Positions 57,750 to 64,000 of a stretch of 64,000 nt of DNA are shown one piece after another (within the stretch, counting starts at the first letter, position 1; every line of letters starts with the position of its first letter). The notes beneath the pieces were generated by a model. It saw only the letters and a program-made list of their open reading frames with translations, did not search any database and was not told the DNA's origin. Made by a program: the position numbers and the translations under genes. This DNA comes from Eledone cirrhosa (taxonomy: Eukaryota): the NCBI GenBank assembly GCA_964016885.1, contig CAXHJY010000671.1, positions 10,651-74,650 of the forward strand, given 5' to 3'.

Positions 57750-58731
57750 GATGTGTATACATATACATATATATATGCATGTTTGTGTGTGTCTATGTAT
57801 ATATACATACATACATATATATATATCTGTGTGTATTCGTATGCGTTTTTGAATAGGCATATATGCTTATACACACACATACATACATTTATATATACAT
57901 ATACACATACCCCCACACACACATATATATGTATATGTATGGATATATATCTATATATATATATGTCAGTGTTTGTGTGTGTGTGTGTGTGCGTGTGTGC
58001 GTGTGTGTGTGTGTATACGTCTTTTGGTATGCATTTACCCATGTATGCGTGGCCGTAGGTAGGTAATGGTGTGTTCGTGAGTTAATCAGTGCGTGAAATG
58101 AGAATGCGTAATAGGAGTCTGACTAAAGAATTCCTATAAGGTTGTGTAGGGATGGGGGGGAGTGGTGGTGGGGGAGGGGAGGGGGGAGGGTCGAGCTTGG
58201 ATGCCTTTAGATTAGAATATTTTCCCTTACTTCCATAACATTTCCCTTACTTCCATAACACGTGACCAGCTTTACGTGACAGATGGCGCTCTCAGCTAAT
58301 TAGGAAGCTGTGAGTGTTGTTGTTTTTGTTGTTGTTGTTGTTGTTCTTCTTATTCTTCTTATTCTTCTTCTTCTTCTTCTTCTTCTTCTTCTTCTTCTTC
58401 TTCTTCTTCTTCGTCGTCGTCGTCGTCGTCGTCTTCTTCTTCTTCTTCTTCTTCTTCTTCTTCTTCTTCTTCTTCTTCTTCTTCTTCTTCTTCTTCTTCT
58501 TCTTCGCCCTGAGAGAGTCGTGGAGGGCAGAGTCCTGAAACACTCCTTCCAGTAGGTCCTATCAGAAGCAACCCTCTCCAACTGATCCCCTCTACCGTCG
58601 AGCCCTGGGCTCAGAGCCCAACCCCTCTCCCCTTTCCCCCACCCCATACTTCTGTGACTCTAGAGTTCTTGCCATTCCATCCCCTTCCTATTTTTTTTCT
58701 TTCCTTTCTCTGTTCTCTCTATATTTGCCTA

Positions 58732-58899
58732 CGGGTAAAATTCCGTTATAACGAATACCATTTTTTACAGTATAAAGACATTTTTTTCAATCCCCGGCAA
58801 CACACGCTCAATGTATTAGATCAATCTAGTTATAAAGAATTTTTCGCTACAACAAATTTTTTTTATACACTGTGATTTTCGTTATAACGAATTTTACTA
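58732..58899. mobile_element. Tc1/mariner-type MITE, copy 2
   Basis: gtaaaattccgttataacgaa / ttcgttataacgaattttac TIRs with TA flanks. Confidence 0.7.
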
Positions 58900-59238
58900 T
58901 ATTTCACATTCCATTCTTCTCAATCTAAATATTATTTTTCTTTTTCTATTAAACTATGCTTACATGATATACAGGTAAAATTCTTGCCCAATCTGTATGT
59001 TTATATGATATATTCCATAAATAAAATAACTACTTGTTAATTATTTGTTTCCAAGTTATTTCCTTTTCCTGGTTAGGTTGGTATTTCATAAAATATCGCT
59101 TTACTCAGTAATTAAATGTACTTAATGAGTCTCTTTCTGAAGTTGTTCCCCTATACATTACACTAATTTACTATAGGGATATACATACACACACACAGAG
59201 ACAGAGACTCACACACACACACACATATATAGGTGTGT

Positions 59239-59314
<76 letters not shown>

Positions 59315-59403
59315 TGTGTATTTGAGCATGTGTTTGTCTGTCTCAATACACATATATATACATACATATGTATATTATATATAGATATACATATATATAT
59401 ATG

Positions 59404-59478
<75 letters not shown>

Positions 59479-59649
59479 ATATGGGGCGTACTCTTTTACT
59501 ACATTTAGTTTTTCAAGTCTAATGTGGGACTAACGTTAGAATAACGTTACAATCCTTTCCCACCTCTATCAAGCGTTAAACTAATATATATCATCATTGT
59601 AGATGGAAAGATAGGTAGATAGATAGATAGAGAGAGAGAGAGAAATAGC

Positions 59650-59680
<31 letters not shown>

Positions 59681-59694
59681 ATGCAGAGAGAGAG

Positions 59695-59733
<39 letters not shown>

Positions 59734-60112
59734 GAGAGAGACTAGATCCTCCGTCGGTTTCGATGATGAATATTCATTTGCTGGATCAAATGAACGTCCC
59801 ATGTCCGACCCATGAATGAACTAACATCGAATTAGTTGGGTATTCGGCAGCCATGTATAGCCATGATAATTCTCAATTAGAATCCGGGTGACATAATTAC
59901 ATGACTAGGCTGGATAGGTGAGTAAAAGATAAAACCTATGAACCGAGCTTCCAAACAATTTGCGTCCGTTCAAATTCACTCATAATACGTGGATCAACTC
60001 AACTCTACACCAAACGACACTTCACCATGACGCCACGGTGTTGCAATGATACCCGAATTACACGATAAATAATCTAACGCGTGAGCCACTCATTCATGAC
60101 CTCACCTATATA

Positions 60113-60227
<115 letters not shown>

Positions 60228-60370
60228 GGAAAGTTATATTTAAATTGTTGGGTTACAACTAGTAAATATTTATAACTGATATAAAAGCACTCGACAAGTA
60301 TGATATCCCTGAAATATATATAATGAAATAAATATGGTTTTATAAATATAGTTTCCATTTATTTAATATC

Positions 60371-60458
<88 letters not shown>

Positions 60459-60900
60459 ATGTACATACATATATGTATACAGACGTACAGTAGTATGTAT
60501 ATATATACATACATGCACACATATATATATATGCACGTATCAGTCTACCGAACATTTATTATAATGCTCGGTTACATACATACATACTTACATTTAAGTA
60601 AGTGACGTACTAAGAGTGAGAAATGAAATTTCGTTTCATTCTATTCCATTTATATATATATATATATATATATATGATATTAAACAAATGGAAACTATAT
60701 TTATAAAACCATATTTATTTCGTTATATATATTTCTGGGATATCATATTTAAAAATATGGTATGCCTTCCTCAGACAAAATACAATACATAAGCTGTTTT
60801 ATAAATAATTTGACATACCTTTTAAATAATGCAACTTCCATTTAAAAAGTTGATTTGATATTTACTCGTTGTAACCCAACAATTTTAAATAAAACTTTTG
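60228..60900. repeat. Family H diverged inverted pair (60228-60370 vs 60676-60900)
   Basis: aaataaatatggttttataaatatagtttccattt and its reverse complement; ttgttgggttacaac and its reverse complement. Confidence 0.7.
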
Positions 60901-60999
<99 letters not shown>

Positions 61000-61003
61000 C
61001 AGA

Positions 61004-61127
61004 TAGTGTGTGGTAAAAAAAACATGTAGGCCATAACCCACCAGAGAACTCGATACTTGGGGTAGCAGAGTGGGTAGTATGAAAAGATTCAACACCCCGA
61101 CGGCTGAGCTCTAGCCGTTTCGACAGC
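61004..61127 (-). mobile_element. Family B diverged fragment
   Basis: ccataacccaccagagaactcgatacttgggg...ccccgacggctgagctctagccgtttcgacagc. Confidence 0.7.
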
Positions 61128-61137
61128 AAGATCCGAA

Positions 61138-61399
61138 CTTACTGTGGTTACCCCCGATTGAACCCGGGGTAAACATACATATATATATATATATATATGT
61201 TTATAAACATATATATATATATATATATATAACCACAGTAAGTAAGGTACTCAATACATACCAGAGTATAAATATTTTAATATAGAAATGGCTTCTACAG
61301 GACTAAAACTGTTTCATTCGGGAGAAATTATCAGGGCTTCCTGATGATTACTCCCGAATGAAACAGTTCTAATCCTACAGAAGCCATTTCTATATTAAA
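61138..61399. mobile_element. Family A fold-back element with two mutated hammerheads
   Basis: Palindrome ~61277-61399. The plus arm has CTGATGA...GAAACAG but ctaca instead of ctgta; the minus arm has CTGATAA. Confidence 0.75.
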
Positions 61400-61431
61400 T
61401 ATATATATATATATATATGTGTATGTATATA

Positions 61432-61593
61432 TGTCAATAATTGTCACAAGTGTAGTGTTTGTACCAGAGTTTTCAAGTCGCTGGCTGGACTAAAAAGTCA
61501 CACAAAGTCACACTCGTTCAGCGCATCGTTAGGGCTTCTCCTACATGGATATAAAGTAGTGGCCGTACTCGAAAAACGAGTTGGCAGCCACCA
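61432..61593 (+). mobile_element. ~600-bp retroposon, 5'-truncated copy 4
   Basis: Matches the last ~150 bp of copy 1, with a short aaagtcacac duplication. Confidence 0.8.
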
Positions 61594-61598
61594 TGTGT

Positions 61599-61681
<83 letters not shown>

Positions 61682-61800
61682 GCCGTATAACAACATGTCA
61701 TACATATAACAATGAACTCTATACACGACAGTTGGTAATCCAACACTCAAGTTCTTTGTGTTCTGTTCATTGTAAGGAGACGCGGGTCAATTGATATTCG

Positions 61801-61988
61801 TGGTGGATTGGCAGTATCGGTAGAGGGTCGGACGCCATGCTTTCCAGCATAGTTACGTCCCTTTACGATCTGAGTTCAAATCCCGCCGAGGTTGACTTTG
61901 CCTTTCATCCTTGCGGGGTCGATAAAATAAAGTACCAGTAATGCACTGGGGTAATTGCTGGCCTTGTGCCTAAAGTAGAAAGAATTAT
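61801..61988 (+). mobile_element. Full-length SINE, short subfamily
   Basis: Near-identical to 40068 and 57244; no clear TSD. Confidence 0.85.
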
Positions 61989-62060
61989 TACATAACACGA
62001 ACACCATAGCTATATCCAAGGGTCTCATGCAAAACCACACTCCAGCACACATACATAATT

Positions 62061-62352
62061 AGATAGCGAGAGCGGGAGAGAGAGGGGGGAAGAGAGGAAG
62101 AGAGAGGGGGGAAGAAAGAGAGGAGAGATAGAAGGGGGGAGAGGAGGGAGAAAGAGAGGAGAGTGAGCAGTGAGAGGAAGAGAGAGAGGAGAGAAGGAGA
62201 GAGGTGGGAGATGAGAGAGCGTGAGAGGGAGAGGGGTGAGAAAGAGAGGAGAGAGAGAGGGGGGGAAGAAAGAGAGGAGGAGAGAGAGAGGAGAGAGAGA
62301 GGGAGAGAGAGAAGGGGGAGAGGAGGGGAGAAAGAGAGGAGAGTGAGCAGTG

Positions 62353-62394
<42 letters not shown>

Positions 62395-62567
62395 ATGAGA
62401 GAGATGAGAGAGAGAAGGAGAGAGGTGGGAGATGAGAGAGCGTGAGAGGGAGAGGGGTGAGAAAGAGAGGAGAGAGAGGGGGGAAGAGAGAGAGGAGAGA
62501 GGAGAGGAGGGAGAGAGAGAAGGGGGAGAGGAGGGGAGAAAGAGAGGAGAGGTGAGCAGTGAGAGGA

Positions 62568-62623
<56 letters not shown>

Positions 62624-62786
62624 AGGAGAGAGGTGGGAGTTGAGAGAGCGTGAGAGGGAGAGGAGGGTGAGAAAGAGAGGATGAGAGAGAGGGGGAGAAA
62701 GAGAGGAGAGAGAGAGGGAGAGAGAGAGGGAGAGAGATAGGGAGAGAGAGAAGGGGGAGAGGAGGGGAGAAAGAGGGGAGAGTGAG

Positions 62787-62823
<37 letters not shown>

Positions 62824-62905
62824 AGAGAAGAGAGAGAGGTGGGAGATGAGAGAGCGTGAGAGGGAGAGGGGTGAGAAAGAGAGGAGAGAGAGAAAGAGAG
62901 AGAGT
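62061..62905. repeat. Polypurine (GA-rich) higher-order minisatellite
   Basis: gtgagcagtgagag and gagagagcgtgagagggagag each recur four times. Confidence 0.9.
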
Positions 62906-63372
62906 TGGGTAATCTTCAGATTAATCATGATCCTATTTCGATAAAGTACAATGACTCAACTGAACTCCATATATCACAACAAATCCCGCTCAGATACGGG
63001 GAAACATAAGAAGACGCTCTGATTGACAGAGTTTCATATCACCCTGCTGCATGTATGTATATAGGCGTGAGATTTTAAGCCTGAACCAGAATGAGGCGTT
63101 TAATCCTTGAGGAAGCCACTTTTCCTCACGTTGCACCAGTATTCTCCCCCTCCCCTGTAGAAATGAGTTGCGATGTTTCTGGGGTCAATCCCATGTTCAC
63201 TAGTGACTGAAGGCAGTCTTTATTTTTTATCATATATATGTTCTAAGATATAACTTACCGAATCGATTCATCGATATCTTCTTATTGAGTGCTTCGTGCA
63301 AATCTTCCGAACATTGTTTTTTTTTAGGGATGCTAGCCGATTGCTGCAACTTCGATTTTATTCACTTACATT

Positions 63373-63405
<33 letters not shown>

Positions 63406-63448
63406 TATATATATATATATACTATATATATATAGTATATATATATAT

Positions 63449-63680
63449 ATTGTTATACTTTGGGAGGGTCATGTTGCCAATAAGAAACACACACGCACCA
63501 GTTGCTTTTCACTTCAATCTATTATAAATTTATTATAATAAATTGAAGTGAAAGCAACTGGTGCGTCTGTTTCTTATTGGCAACATGACCCTCCCAAAGT
63601 ATACACATATATCGGTTTCAACACACGATTTCAGATAAAGAATCTTGCTAAACAAATAAACAAATTCAGAAAACGAAATA
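63449..63680. mobile_element. Family F fold-back element
   Basis: Imperfect palindrome ~63454-63603, then a tail that is the reverse complement of 41124-41181; inserted in (TA)n. Confidence 0.75.
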
Positions 63681-64000
63681 TATATATATATATATAATAT
63701 ATATATATAATATATATATATATATATACTACTATATATATATATATATATATATACACAGGATAACAGATTATGTTATGGGTAGTCCACTTAGGTGTAG
63801 TCCAGTTAGGGTACTCCGAGTAGTGGATGGTATCAACGCTTGGCTAAGTTTGCCTCAACAAGGCGTTTCCATAGTGATAGTTGCGAGTATGCGGTGATTT
63901 CTATGTGGTTTACTTCATTCTCGCTAGCTCTGGTGAATTGACTGGTTATGACTATGTATTGCTGACGAATTGTCGCTGAACTGGTAGGGGTCTATAGATC

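Overview
AT-rich eukaryotic DNA, a large share of it micro/minisatellite ((TA)n, (CA)n, (GA)n, (ACAT)n, (GAA)n, (ACT)n, (GGT)n). Repeat density and SINE types suggest an octopod cephalopod intron or intergenic region (inference). I found no credible host protein-coding gene: almost all ORFs in the track are translated simple repeats. Recognisable content: decayed non-LTR retrotransposon fragments (one R4/Dong-like C-terminus, three RTE-clade pieces), at least two tRNA-derived SINE families (several with TSDs), a ~600-bp 3'-anchored retroposon in 4 copies and two Tc1/mariner-type MITEs. The main signal is 13 hand-foldable type-I hammerhead ribozyme motifs plus about 10 degenerate or half motifs, in at least 6 sequence families. 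Nearly all sit in (TA)n tracts, and many form long fold-back palindromes, one permuted 473-bp unit and one two-ribozyme cassette. This looks like a diverse non-autonomous Penelope-like/retrozyme system. Family labels A-H are mine; all folds were done by eye and activity is untested.
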